A stretch of 63,032 nt of DNA, the filler included, from Reticulomyxa filosa (lineage: Eukaryota > Protista > Foraminifera): NCBI GenBank assembly GCA_000512085.1. It is 21 parts of 21 records of this genome, joined end to end, with 100 filler letters (N's around TTAATTAATTAA, not from the genome) between each part and the next. Parts side by side here need not be neighbours in the genome. Positions count along the whole stretch, not along the records: positions 9,170 to 13,309 come from ASPP01026932.1; positions 13,410 to 16,073 come from ASPP01009612.1; positions 16,174 to 18,482 come from ASPP01041193.1; positions 18,583 to 19,827 come from ASPP01010867.1; positions 19,928 to 24,340 come from ASPP01009380.1; positions 24,441 to 29,396 come from ASPP01022994.1; 15 more parts are not named here. The stretch is one strand, 5' to 3'. Below are positions 13,096 to 26,089 of this stretch, one piece after another (within the stretch, counting starts at the first letter, position 1; each line of letters opens with the position of its first letter). Made by a program: the position numbers and the translations under genes. The notes below the pieces were generated by a model that did no database searches, was not told the origin of the DNA, and saw nothing but the letters and a program-made list of their open reading frames with translations.

Positions 13096-13415
13096 TTTTA
13101 ATAAAATAGAAGCGTTAAGATTCTATTGAAACATAATATTGTCAGTTGCAGCTAAAATAATTTTCTTACTTCTGATAAAAAACTTACATTCTTTACGATA
13201 TCATTATACCTATAATTTAATATTTTTTTATTCATTATTTGTATAATTTTGTCAAAATCGTTTATCCGTTTTGATTTAATTTCCAAAACTGATTCCGCTT
13301 TTCAATTATNNNNNNNNNNNNNNNNNNNNNNNNNNNNNNNNNNNNNNNNNNNNTTAATTAATTAANNNNNNNNNNNNNNNNNNNNNNNNNNNNNNNNNNN
13401 NNNNNNNNNTTTCCT

Positions 13416-13452
<37 letters not shown>

Positions 13453-13466
13453 GACGCTGTGCTTTA

Positions 13467-14709
13467 GTACATTAATTTGGGGCCAAAATCGAAGCCCACC
13501 GTTTTATAATTTGATGGGTAGATTTGGCAAACCTGAAAACTCGTTTCAGTCTCAACTGTGGTATTATCATTATTACGTGATGACGGCCTATGGCATTGGA
13601 ATTTGGAATGGCCATTTTGCGAGGGAATATGGAGAGGATCACAATCCGAAATCGATGATGAAAACAGAACAAGAAAAAAAGTCTTACACATCACTCCAAT
13701 ATTTCCCCAAAATCACTTGGGTATTAAGGGACAGTGGAAATCGAAGGATGGGCAATTTGCAAGACATCCAAAGTTATTTCCAAATCAAAGGCGTGACTGT
13801 GAACACATGCTGTGATTGGAGTGTCACCCATCCAATGCTGTTTTGTATTTTGTTTGCCAATTGTTTTCTGTTGTCCCTTTTTTTTTTTTTTTTTTTTGCT
13901 CACACATACGTACACACACACGCACACACACACGTATACGAAAGAGAGGACAGGGGACTTGTTTCAATCAAGTGTTAAACGTCATGTGTTTGTGTGGCAA
14001 AAAAAAAAAAAAAAAAAGCACAGATTAAAAATGGATGAACACCAACGGTTCAATACGCTGAGGACGACGATGAAGCAGTTTTACGCTAGCGATGTTGTGA
14101 TTGGCTTACACGGCGCCGGATTGACGAATATTCTATATACCAAACCAGGCACCATTCTTATTGAATTGAAGGTCCATTTATGCTCTATTTTTTTTTGCTC
14201 ACAATTATAACTCTATTCTCTTAACTCATTTGTATATATGTATATATATTTGTATGTGTTGACATTAGGTGCCCTACGGATATGCTTGGGGATCATTCGC
14301 CAACATTGCATCCCAAATGGGGCTAGCATATTATTCCGCTGATGTTAGGAGGCTTTGCAACCCATTGTGCATTTTGCCAAAAAAATACATCAAACAGCTT
14401 TTAATGGAAGTATTGAGCCGCTTTAAGGATGAACTACTGCATGGCGCTGAATTAACGAAGCAACTTGATCTCAATGAGGAAGACAGCTATTGCTTGTTGC
14501 AAATGCCAAGCAGATATGATCCTACGCACACTGACCCCGTTCAATCACTGCTACGACCATTTCTCCAAAGTCGCTGCTATTTCAGTGACATGAACTCCAA
14601 TCGCACGCAATGGGCTCAAATCTTTGATCATTTTGATTACAACACTAATTTTTTGTACAAATTAGGAAATCACTATGGCACTTGGCTAGACCCCGAAAAT
14701 ACACTGTAA
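13467..14709 (+). CDS. Glycosyltransferase family 61 (DUF563-like), 3' part, multi-exon
   Basis: FYASDVVIGLHGAGLTNILYTKPGTILIEL is the GT61 signature (HGAGLxN), followed by PYGY..FANIASQMGLAY. Confidence 0.8.
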
Positions 14710-15046
14710 AACCAAGCGCTTTGAATGTGTCCAACTTTTCTCTATTTCCATTGTCCAGCACATCAACTACTCTTCATTCTTTCTTTTGCACAATTCTATT
14801 GACCACATTTCATTACGCATTCATTTTCTTTTTTTTATTTAAAATTTGATATATTTTAAAACAAGCAAAAAGTTTTTGAAAAAAAAAAAACAAATTTTAA
14901 TGGAGAATTTTAAATTATTTGAAAAAAAAAAACAAGATAAAATATAACTTTTACAGTGTCTTGTACAAATAAACGTCTGTTTTAGTTTATGTCTTTCTCG
15001 GCTTTTTTTTTACCTTTTTAAAAAAAAGCCACACAAAAAAAAGATA

Positions 15047-15957
15047 ATGGAAGAAGAAAAGGGCTTGCATCAAAACGACAACACTTTCTTTGATGAATGC
15101 AATGACAAGGCTTGGATAACATTATTAATCACTGAGCAAAATGAAATAGACAAAACACATGTTTGCTTGCTTTGTCAACGAGTAGTAAAAAACGCAATGG
15201 AACTGGTATGCAACGAACATGATACAAACAGCAAGTCATTGATAATTGGTGAAGGTTGCTTAAAACGTTATTTACAAAAAAGCGGCGGCAAATGTCCTAT
15301 TGGACAGCATAGCAATTGTAAGTTTTTGGAAAGCGCAAGGATCAGAAAGCACATAAACAATATGGTTGTGGTATGTCCTCGACAGTTTGAATTGGACATG
15401 GACCGACAAAGTAATGAGATACATAAAACGGAAGCAAAAGAAAAGAAAAGTGTTTGCACCTTTCAAGGAAGAGTTGAAGCTGTCGATGAGCATTTGAAAA
15501 ACTCATGTCCAATACAAGCAAAGGACTGTTGGTTTGAAAAGTTTGGTTGTTCCCAGCACGCCAATGAACAAGATACAAAATCGCAGACACAAACCCATTT
15601 GAAACTAGTCCTTGAATATGTTCAATGGCTGGAACAAAAGTTAAAGCATGCGAATAACTTTATTCAAGCACTGCAATCCCAAAACGTTACGCAAAGCTGT
15701 CAAGTTTTGTCTGTTGCAATTTTTGATTTTTTTGTTTTTTTTTTTGTGTTACAAATAACCACATAAACATTTGGAGAAAATAAAAAAATTTAAAAAAAGG
15801 AGTTGCTTTCACAAAGCAAAGGATATCAAAGACTATTGCAAAATTTGACAACGGAAGTAAGAACAAAAGATGAACATATTCAACAACTCAACGATGAAAT
15901 TGAAGAATTAAAAATGTCTTTGCAATCATACAGAACCAAACAAAAACATGAAAAAGT
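15047..15957 (+). CDS. RING/TRAF-type zinc-finger and coiled-coil protein, 3' partial
   Basis: CLLC..MELVCNEH..IIGEGCL..CPIGQH..VVCPRQF..CTFQG..EHLKNSC..CWFEKFGC..HLKLV, followed by a coiled coil after an intron. Confidence 0.7.
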
Positions 15958-16019
15958 TTCTTTTTTTTTTTTTGGCTTGTGTGCACATATATAAATATAA
16001 ATGTGTATATATGTAAATG

Positions 16020-16062
<43 letters not shown>

Positions 16063-16173
16063 TATATATATATNNNNNNNNNNNNNNNNNNNNNNNNNNN
16101 NNNNNNNNNNNNNNNNNTTAATTAATTAANNNNNNNNNNNNNNNNNNNNNNNNNNNNNNNNNNNNNNNNNNNN

Positions 16174-16330
16174 ACTGGTGTCCTGTACTGCTGTTGCTAC
16201 GGATTGTTGTGAAGTGGATTTGGTTGAAATGACCTGTGTAAGTTTCACAGCCTTTTGTACAATGGCCAATTCTTTCGACATAAAAATAGGATTGTTATCA
16301 TTTGAATAATCATTATTATCATTATCATCA

Positions 16331-16362
<32 letters not shown>

Positions 16363-17080
16363 GTTATTGTCATTATTTACTTTGATATCTGTTTCAAACC
16401 ATGTTGTTGAATCAATCAATTTCAATTCCTTCAATAATGGACATATGATTGTGTCACAACTTGCATTCAACATTGCCAAAAAAGCCATGGACAAAGGTAT
16501 AACTGACTCTTGTTTCCACGTGTCATTGTCCTTTTCTAATGTTTGCAACACGTCTTCCTTGTTCCTATTTTGGATCAGATGCTGTGTCATGTCAATGCCA
16601 AGTAACTTGCACTGTCCAATTTTCGGCAGTCGCGAGGTCTCCAATAATGACTTGCACGACACACATTGGCTATCTCTCATATGCAGTCGACTGCTCATTT
16701 GCGCTTGCAATTTCTCATGCAACACGTACTTCATTTGCACCATATACAGTCTTTCAAATCTAATTACACATTTTCATACCAAATTCATTAAAAAACCTCA
16801 ACAATGGGATTTTTACCGTCTCCCCTTTTTTTATTATCAAATTTTTGTTTTATTTGAATCCTTCGCTGTTTTCAATGATGTCCACACCGGTAACAAATTT
16901 TTGCAAAGTTGATCGCAGTTGCGAAAAACGCAACTCGATTTTTTTTTCACTTGTTATCATCTGCGACTTTGCTGGGTCTTTTGATGTTTTTTTTGTTGGT
17001 AAAACCTCCTTTGAATGTCTTGGATAGCTTTCGCGCTGCTCATTCTGTTGCCGTCTCTTCTTTGTGCTGCTTTTTTCCAA
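16174..17080 (-). CDS. Hypothetical multi-exon protein containing a poly-Asn tract, 3' partial
   Basis: Two coding-like ORFs (16850-17080 and 16174-16760) separated by an AT-rich intron-like gap. No family recognised. Confidence 0.4.
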
Positions 17081-17574
17081 TTAGTTCTGTGGAGTGTTGC
17101 TTGCACGAGTTACTAACGAAGAATAGGCATTGTTAAAATAATAATGCGACTGGCTCTTTCTTACAAATTGAATAGGGTAAAAATTAGTTTGTAATGTTTC
17201 TTCAACATGCATAAAAAAATGAAACACAATTTTTTGGGATTGGATTAATGTAAATTTTGTAAGAGTTTTGTTGTTATTTGAGTTTGTTTTGGATGTGAAA
17301 TATGCAATCTTCTTTCTTTCTTTTCTTGTTTTTGTTTGCTTTGTTTCGAACAGTATTGCTTTATTTCCTTGTTTTCTTTTTGCATCGACTTTTCCCTTTT
17401 TCCATTAGAGAAAACATTTTTTAATTTCAAATAGCAATTCAAACGCTTGACCAAAGGAAATTTGCATGCAGAAGGCTAAATTGATTAAAAAACTAATTGC
17501 GTCAGTTGTTACATTAAAACTTGAACCTAATACCTATATACCTACCAACTTTTTAGATATCCTTTGCTATTAAT

Positions 17575-17621
17575 CTTCCCTCCGAAGGAGGCGATTGCGG
17601 GTTCGAGTCCCGCCACAGATA
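17575..17621 (+). tRNA. 3' half of tRNA-Arg(CCG); 5' half missing
   Basis: Anticodon arm CTTCC-CT[CCG]AA-GGAGG, variable loop CGATT, T arm GCGGG-TTCGAGT-CCCGC, then CACAGAT-A as the 3' acceptor strand. No D arm or 5' acceptor strand upstream. Confidence 0.8.
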
Positions 17622-17844
17622 AGAAATTGAAATTTTTTTAAAAATAATATTCTGGATCTCAGAAAATTACATTTAAATTTATGATATAGTAAAAAATAAA
17701 ATATGTATATATATTTTTTTGCATGAACATATTTTTCGTATAATAAAAATTAAAAACTGAAAAAACGCTGAAAAAAAAAAGGGCTTGTTAGAAATTTTTT
17801 TTTGCTCTTTTTAAAGAAACAAAAGTTCATCCAACATGTAGTTC

Positions 17845-18005
17845 TAATGTCTTCCAAAGTTTGACAGAATTATCCAATTTATTATCAAGCACACAATGTA
17901 TTATGTTTAATGACAAAATCCTTGTTGTGGAGATCATGAAACTAACGAGTGTTATTCGTATTACACATTGAAAAAGCAGTACAAATCATTTGCTCATATC
18001 TCAAT
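17845..18005 (+). pseudogene. Degenerate N-terminal fragment of the kelch-like family
   Basis: FQSLTELSNLLSSTQCIMFNDKIL..ECYSYYTLKKQYK aligns with FQTLKELPTPLSLPQCVLHKHELL..CYSYHTLKNEYK of the 57625 gene. Frameshifted. Confidence 0.6.
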
Positions 18006-18582
18006 GATATATGTATATAAATTTCTTCTATTGATTTGGCAAAATGCCCATTGTATCCATAGGTGACCATTTCACTACATACTGTTTCCCAGTGTGTTGG
18101 AGTTTTACTTTACTATTCTTGCAATATAGTTTCCATATTTTGCATTGTATTTTTGATATCACTTTATCATTTTGGGATTGACTCATATGGCTATATTTTT
18201 ATTGAAATTCCCACAATTCTCGGAATAAATATGTTTGTTGGACTTTCATTGTTTCAATTCTTTTATATCTGTTAACCATTCACTCGTTTTTGTTTAGTAC
18301 TTGTTTCTCATGGGTTAGATGTGTTATATATTGTGTTTGATCTTCTATTAATTTGATAGCTTTTCCTTTTCCACCAGTTTCAATAATTGTTGTATGTTCA
18401 CATGTATGCGTGTTTTTTGGATATATCTATTGATATTAGTTCCACCAAAGTTATGTATAATATTTTTTTCGTCTATTACAGTNNNNNNNNNNNNNNNNNN
18501 NNNNNNNNNNNNNNNNNNNNNNNNNNTTAATTAATTAANNNNNNNNNNNNNNNNNNNNNNNNNNNNNNNNNNNNNNNNNNNN

Positions 18583-18617
<35 letters not shown>

Positions 18618-18620
<3 letters not shown>

Positions 18621-19746
18621 AAAAGGAAACGATATGTTGAATCAAAAATCCGTGGCTTGGTCCGACGGCTATACGAAGAATTACATGTAGGATTTATTCC
18701 TCACGGCGAGTGTTTGGAAGGTGAAACCGCCGACCATTTTTTTATGTACACAAGCGACGTGCAGACATACGAGCAAGTGGAATACGTGCAATACGTGTTG
18801 TTTCAGCAAGTGTTTGTGTCGTGGAGAAACAGCGAATACGCCAAGTACAGCTGTGGCAACGCCGTGGACGTTCAAGGCCGATTGCTAACGTGGCAAGAAG
18901 TTATTGATGTTTTGGAGACCATTCCGTCGTATGCTTCTCGCGCAGCTCAAGAGAAGAAAAAGTACTTTCACACTTGGAATGTCGAATACCACTATTCTAA
19001 TTTGTTTTCTGCTGTGCAAAACAACGTACCCTTTTCCAATGTTTTGTCCAATCATTTTGTTATTAATCCATATTTCCAAGGTTATGTACAATTTTTTTTT
19101 TTTTTTTTTTTATGTGTGGTGTGTAATGTTCAATGCCATTTCCAATGAAAATGTACAAACTAGAGAAAAGACTTGCGCTTATACGTATGACGTATTGAAT
19201 AAAAAAAAAAAAAAAAACAAAAAAAAAACAGGAAATATAGAAAAGTCGAAAGCAACAAGAAACGGTTACAATAATTCGACCGGAAATGCGCACGTAATGA
19301 CAACACATGTCCCCTCAGCATGGCATTACTATGGAAAGGGGATGATCACCACGTGACTCCTTCTCCTCCTCTGCTGGGACGCGATTCTCTTTCTTTGGAC
19401 AGAGATCATCTTGCTCATCTGCAGAAAACCCACGTTGCATCAGCCTATGTGCAAAGAACGGAAGACGTACATCCAACTGGCTTCGTCTTCCTTGCCTTGG
19501 TTGACTTATCCGTCCGTCGCGCCGTCCATCTCGTCCGTTGATCACGCCTACACTTTGGAAAGCGCAAACAAACATCTCCTCCATGGCTCGCAAAAGGTAT
19601 ATTTGCCAAGTCCAACTCCTCATGTGCGCTTCGAACATAATTACCCCTTTCTATCGAATTCGGGTCACAACGTGGCCACCACTAGTCCCGTCGTCGATAT
19701 CAACCAGCGAAAGGCATTCCAGCATCCTTCAGGTTTGCAGAGCTGA
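18618..19746 (+). CDS. Hypothetical protein fragment, possibly the C-terminal region of a poly(A) polymerase
   Basis: YVESKIRGLVRRL resembles the canonical PAP motif G.VESKIR.LV..LE. The rest is not recognised and the exon structure is uncertain. Confidence 0.35.
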
Positions 19747-19978
19747 TGAAACAACTATTATTGTTCATTCATTGATTCATTTTTTTTAATTTTTTTTTTC
19801 CCCCCCCCTTTAAAAAAAAAAAAAAAANNNNNNNNNNNNNNNNNNNNNNNNNNNNNNNNNNNNNNNNNNNNTTAATTAATTAANNNNNNNNNNNNNNNNN
19901 NNNNNNNNNNNNNNNNNNNNNNNNNNNATATATATATATATATATATGTATATATATGTATATGTATATATGTTATAG

Positions 19979-20730
19979 GCTCGATTGCGTATGGTGCTAA
20001 GCTATTTCTTAGCTCAATTACTACCATGGACACGTGGACGACGAGGGTTTTTGTTGGTGCTAGGCTCGGCTAATGTTGATGAGTCATTACGAGGGTATAT
20101 GACCAAGTATGACTGCAGCTCTGCGGATATCAATCCGATTGGTGGCATTTGCAAAACTGATCTAAAGGCTTTCTTGAGCTTTGCAGCAGACAAGTTTGGC
20201 TATCCAACGCTCCATGACATTGTCAAATCCAAGGCTTCTGCAGAACTAGAACCAACCACTTCGGACTATAAACAAGTATCCGAAGAAGATATGGGAATGA
20301 CCTATGAGGTTTGTTCTTGCTCTTTTTTTTTTTTTTTTGCCATGCTTTTGTATGAACATGGACATCCATATGTGTGCGTGTTGTTGCTGGCTTGTAGGAA
20401 TTAGGAGTCTATGGAAGGCTACGCAACATTTGGAAATGTGGTCCCGTGTCAATGTATCAGAAATTGGAAAGTGATTGGAGCCATTTGAATCCATCGTCCG
20501 TGGCCAAAAAAGTGAAAGACTTTTTCACTTATTACTCCAGAAATCGTCATAAATTGACGACATTGACTCCCAGTTATCATGCTGAAAACTACTCACCTGA
20601 TGACAATCGATTTGATCACAGGCAATTCTTATACCCCAATTGGGAAAGACAATATCGAACCATTGATGAACTTGTTAAACAGGACGAGCTGTTGAGAAAA
20701 CAAAAAGAAAATGCAACACAACCACAATAA
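19979..20730 (+). CDS. NADSYN1: Glutamine-dependent NAD+ synthetase, C-terminal part
   Basis: [62 protein letters not shown], and [32 protein letters not shown]. One intron at about 20309-20397. Confidence 0.95.
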
Positions 20731-21899
20731 TTCAAAAAAAATATATACACATATATCTTTTTGTAGTTCCTCCGTCCAAACTCCCACCCTCTCTTGAGTC
20801 TCGGTTTGAATTTTGTTTTTGGTGGTGAGGTGAGTGCAGTTTTTGAGTGATAATTTTTGATAAGTCACTCTATCCTTTGGCAGAGTTTGGTGATGTGCCA
20901 AAAAAATTTATTTTGACTCCTTTGATCGGTTTTTGATAAAATTAATACAATCAACTTCACTTAAAATGAGTACATACACACTTCAAAAACTTATTTTCGA
21001 GATCAGCAGCTCTGAATTTCGATGATTTAACAATGTGTCAACTTATTTTTATCTTTTATCTTTTATCTCTGCTTCTTCTTACTTCTTATCACTTAGTTTG
21101 GAGTTTTTAAAATTTTTATCACATAAAAATTTATTATCACTTAAAAAAAATAATAGTTTGTGGTAATTTATTGCTGTTGTTTTCTTTGGTGAAATAACAT
21201 TTAGTTTTGTTTAAATTGTTTTTTTTCATAATTCCTTCATCATGCTGTAAATAAAAGTCAAGCTTCTCACAACTAATCGTATATGCTCTATTTCACACAT
21301 CAAAGCTATTATATCACGATCTTCATCAGTATACAAAGGACAGCACAAACATACACTTTTACAATACAGTAGATGCATAGATAACAATGTCAAAACAATT
21401 GGAATAACAACAAGAACGTTTGAACAAAACTAGCTGATATAATCAATGTAAATGTCAAGCTTATTGAAATATTTTTGATTTATGAGCAGAAATCAATATT
21501 ATCATTGCTCAATACTTTTTTTTCTGACAAATTCGTAACTAGGATATCACAAGACGAAAATTTAGATTCAATAAAATCTTTGATTAAAGGTGGGCTTGTG
21601 ATGCGTGAATATAAAGCAATTGGTATAGTAACTACTTGACGATTAATCGCAAAGCAAACAAAGACAATTACTTACAAAGAAACAACAATGATAACCAACT
21701 ACAGAATATTAGTACTAACAACTCGTACATTTCAGACAGTGCTAAAATAGCTCATTAAAACGAAACAGCTGTTATTTCTATTGATCCAATCCAGAGGCTG
21801 CTTAAATCTGATATTACTGTACAAGAAAAAACTACATATACAAGATATGATGAAGCAACGAAGAATAAATAAAATTGAATGATATCAACATAAGGAAAT

Positions 21900-22215
21900 T
21901 CAAAATCGTAATCAGACAAATATTAGAAAACAACAATAAAAGGTTTGTAAAGAAAGTTAGCAGTCATGATTCAAAGTTGCATGTATAACATAAGTTTAAG
22001 TATCACATATTCTGAAAATCAAAAGAGAAATTATCAAATTATACTAGTATATTAATAGATTATTGAAAATCCAAAAAATAGCAAATTTTAAAAAAAACTG
22101 CAATACCTAAATGGCATTAAAGAAATAATGGATTGGTTTAAAGAAAATAATATAGAATTGATAAATTTTCCTACTAAATTCAATTGTGAACATTTAGTTG
22201 ATAATTAAAGTAAAA
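21900..22215 (+). mobile_element. Possible decayed Tc1/mariner-type transposase fragment
   Basis: DWFKENNIELINFPTKFNCEHL resembles the Tc1 motif W...NI..L.WP..SPDLNPIE.LW with a deletion. Upstream AVMIQSC resembles SVMVWGC. Confidence 0.35.
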
Positions 22216-22399
22216 AAATATTTTTTAAAAAATTTCAAAATTTTGTTAAAAATTACTAAAGATACAAGGCTAATTTTTTTAAAAAAAGTATCTACGTGAC
22301 TTAAAGATTCATAAAATGAAAACAAAAGATTTAAAAATTTATTATTTGTAATACATGTTCAATTTATATGAACTCATTCGAAATTTTAAAAATCATATT

Positions 22400-22655
22400 T
22401 TTTTTCAATCTAATGTATCAGGTGGCCGAACAGGACATGAATTTGGATTTGTTTAAAATTGTTTCAAACAATTCTCATCAACAACATGTGATTTATCAAT
22501 ATCTTTGTACTGTGAATAACAGATTTCGAAGGGGTATTGGCAACTTGTTCGCAAATTAAACAGATAAAGTTTTCAAATTGTTCTGGCTGATTCAATTGCA
22601 ATATCCAGTTTTTGTTGAAACATAATGACTCAATAGAAACCGGAAACCACAAGTA
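22400..22655 (-). pseudogene. Degenerate N-terminal fragment of the RING/TRAF-type family
   Basis: CFNKNWILQLNQPEQFENFICLICEQVAN parallels ECNDKAWITLLITEQNEIDKTHVCLLCQRVVKN of the 15047 gene. Frameshifted. Confidence 0.6.
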
Positions 22656-23264
22656 TTTTTTTTTTGAGTAATTTGAAGTGTTTTCAACTCGAATAACATT
22701 TGACGATTAATAAAGATTTTCAGTTTGTACAATAAAAAAAGCCATTCAAATGATTTAAACAAATAAAAAAAGAACCACTTGACAATGAACACAAATATCA
22801 AATAAAAAAACCAAATCCAAATTATCAACTTCTTCTAGAGTTTAAATAAGTCTGGAAAAATTTGACTTGTAAAATTAAGATATGTAATGTGTTATAAAAA
22901 TTGTGAAAAGTGTATATTTTTACATTCTAGTGTATTGACATCAATTTTGATATGAAACAGTACAATATGTTATTTTCTTGTATATTAGCAGTGGAAGAAA
23001 AAGCCAAATGATTTCCTAAAAAATTTCAGTTAGGAATGTGAAGAAATTACAAAAAAGAAAGAGCTGTACATTTGTTTTTGTTTTTCCATTTCATTTCCAG
23101 TGCCACCCATGAGGAAACAAAAGCGGAGGAAAAAAAAAAAAAGGGACATGTACGCACAGACGACAGTAAGTAATATTTGCATATGATAAAAACAAAATAA
23201 AAGTAAAAACGACAGAAAAAAAGGAGATAATAATAAACGATGATAAAAATTCCTGTGGAAGAGT

Positions 23265-24320
23265 TTAAGAACTAGCAGCGGCAGAGGAAGTGAGATCCTG
23301 GGTGGAATCCATATGTTTAAGCAAGCAAGTGCTACAGAAGCGAACAACAGTGCGCTGTCCATTGGCATTGACTTTGTCGTATTCCCCGTAAAGACGCGTA
23401 CTGAGATGAAGTCCGCAATCATCGCACACATAGCAATTATAGTGGAACGCGCCTGTTTCATGGACAATTTCGTCGGACGGGTTTTCGATTTCTTTGCGAC
23501 ACCGAAGACATATCTTACGTGGTGTTTTTTTCACCTCTGGTTTCGGTGTTTTCTTGGAGGGGTCAGCAGAGCGATTGCCCTTGGAATTTTTGTTTGTTTA
23601 TATGTTTATATACATATATAAACATATACAATATATATTAATATATATTTTAAGTAACCTTAAGTTTTTTTTTTATAAAAAAAAAACTTGTTGAAATCCA
23701 ATCAATTGATGTATCATTTTAATAATAAATTTGGAATGTTGAGGATTGGTAATGCCAATGGTTTCCAAATCTTCTCTTTCCATTTGTGGTAGTTGTGATC
23801 CCTTGACATCATGTTCGTAAAACAAGAGTGAATATTGAGCAAATATATTATTATTATCATTATTGTTATTGTTATTATTATTATTATTATTATTATCTTT
23901 ATTTTTTTTTCTTTTGGCTTCAATGCTCCAATCCATTGACGAACTTCTTCTTTGTTCCACAAAACCATTGGCTTGGATACCAAAGGCTTGCCATTGCTTG
24001 CCATTGGGGAATTATCATACAAGTATTTCGGCAATGGCTTTGTCGGACTTGTCGTTGCTGTTGCTGTTGTCGTTGTCGTTGTCATTGTCGTTGATGCTGT
24101 GGTGGACTCGGGTGGGGTATACTTGCCATCCAACTTGTGCTTCGTTGCTTTTTGTCCGTCCTGATTGCGCGATTGCGATTGCGATTCCTTTTTTTCGTTC
24201 GGGTTTGTCGGTTTCGGTAATGTACTGAAAAGCTTCGGACCACTGCTCGAGTTGCTCGTCACCGAGCTGCTTCGCACATGACGTCGCGACAGCATGCCAT
24301 TCCTTTCATTGCTTCCCATT
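23265..24320 (-). CDS. SAM-domain plus LIM zinc-finger protein, likely 5' partial
   Basis: SAM: WNKEEVRQWI..QYSLLFYEHDVKGSQLPQMEREDLETIGITNPQHSKFIIKMI. LIM: C-x2-C..H-x2-C-x2-C-x2-C..C-x2-C (CLRC..FHYNCYVCDDC..FCSTC). Confidence 0.8.
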
Positions 24321-25840
24321 CTTTTTTTTTTTTTTTTTTTNNNNNNNNNNNNNNNNNNNNNNNNNNNNNNNNNNNNNNNNNNNNTTAATTAATTAANNNN
24401 NNNNNNNNNNNNNNNNNNNNNNNNNNNNNNNNNNNNNNNNAAATGTTGATTTTTCATTGAGAAAATCAATTATCATCATAAGATATGTTTTAGGCGTTCA
24501 GTTTTCTTTGCAACCTACTGTATTGTATAAACAAAATTTGTTTTATTTGTTATTTAAATATTTTGATAACTATAACTCTGATTTACTACTTAAATCTACT
24601 TAACATTTTTCTTTTTCTAAACTGAAAATTTTTTTGTTTTGGAAAATCAAATAGAATTGACTAAATGTAATTGGATACAAAATAATCACTTCAAACATTT
24701 ACACATTGAACCAATTTGCATATACTATGTAAAAATCATATTTACTAAAGCAGAAACTTGTTTCAGACATTTACAATCTAATTAAAATGCAGCTAATAAT
24801 CAATATGATCTATGTTCAGCAGTGCTTCTATATGATCAATTAACTAGTCAAATCGATTATCTAATTTACATCATTTTGACATTAGCACTTCAAGTAATTT
24901 TGTAAATGACAAGATTGTGCAATATAAAGTAGCCTGACTTAGGTTTTAATGTAATTTGTATAAATCACAACAATATCAATAAATCTTTTTATTATCGATA
25001 ATAAATAAAAAACAATGACACAATTAGAAAAATAATTTATTATATACAAAATCAAATGAAAATATTCAAAGAAATATTATAATGTTTTATTTTAGTCCTG
25101 AGTTTTGTTTTTTATCGCATAAAAAGAAAATTGAATAAAAAATTACAAATAATATTATAATTAGCTACTACTTACATTGTTTTTACTAAAATTAATATCA
25201 GTATATTTTTTATCAAGTCAAGTTTTTTTGGTAGGGACTTGAGTCATATTGAATGCGTGTATTCTTTTAATTATATTATTCTTTGTAATTTTGGGACCAT
25301 TACATATGTCGCACAACACAAAAGGATTTGATTCACAAAGCTGTAACTCATGAAAAACAAAAATTTTGTGATTGTATTAAAGAATATTATAAGATTGATA
25401 TGATGAAAGATGATGTGGAAATACATTGTTTAAATGTAACTAGATATTGTGCATGCTAGCAAAACGGTGTCAGAACTTTCGCAAATAAATTCAAAATTAT
25501 ATTTACCTAAAATATTTATAATTGATATTTGCCTTGGTTCGGATTATCCAAACATTAATGGGTTTATACTTCAAGTGCGTGGATAGTATTCAAACAAAGT
25601 AATGACAAATTTTTGACAGTTTGGTCAACTACAGTTTAAATATAAATGGATGTTTTTTCTCCTTTTATTGACACCAATTGACGAATGTAAGCTAATTGTT
25701 ACTTTGTTACTTATTTATCGTTCTGGTTCTATTTGTGACAGTTTTTCTTTTTCAGAAAATTCGTTTCGAAATTCTATTTCGGTCTGTTTTATGAAATTTT
25801 CTAGTTATTTTTTCTCTTTTTCAAATTCCGTTTTCATCTT

Positions 25841-25960
25841 GTATTCTCCTGTCTTTCGCCAAAATTGAAGAATTTCTTTAGTTATCCAGTGTTTGAATTG
25901 TTTCGCCATTAGTAAACTAGAAGATAAAACTATTGAATAAAAACAAATCTCATTGATCAG
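25841..25960 (-). pseudogene. BRO-N (baculovirus repeated ORF / phage antirepressor) domain relic
   Basis: Manual translation LINEICFYSIVLSSSLLMAKQFKHWITKEILQFWRKTGEY matches the BRO-N consensus INEsGLYsLil.S..p.AK.FK.WVT.EVLPSIRKTG.Y. Confidence 0.7.
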
Positions 25961-26089
25961 TCATTAAAAAATTTCTAAATATTGTGATTTTGTCGTTGGT
26001 GGCAATATCTAAACTATTGGAATTGGATGGAAACTATACTTGGTCTTTTGATATCAATCAAAGAGAAGAAGTTATTGAAGCATTTATTA

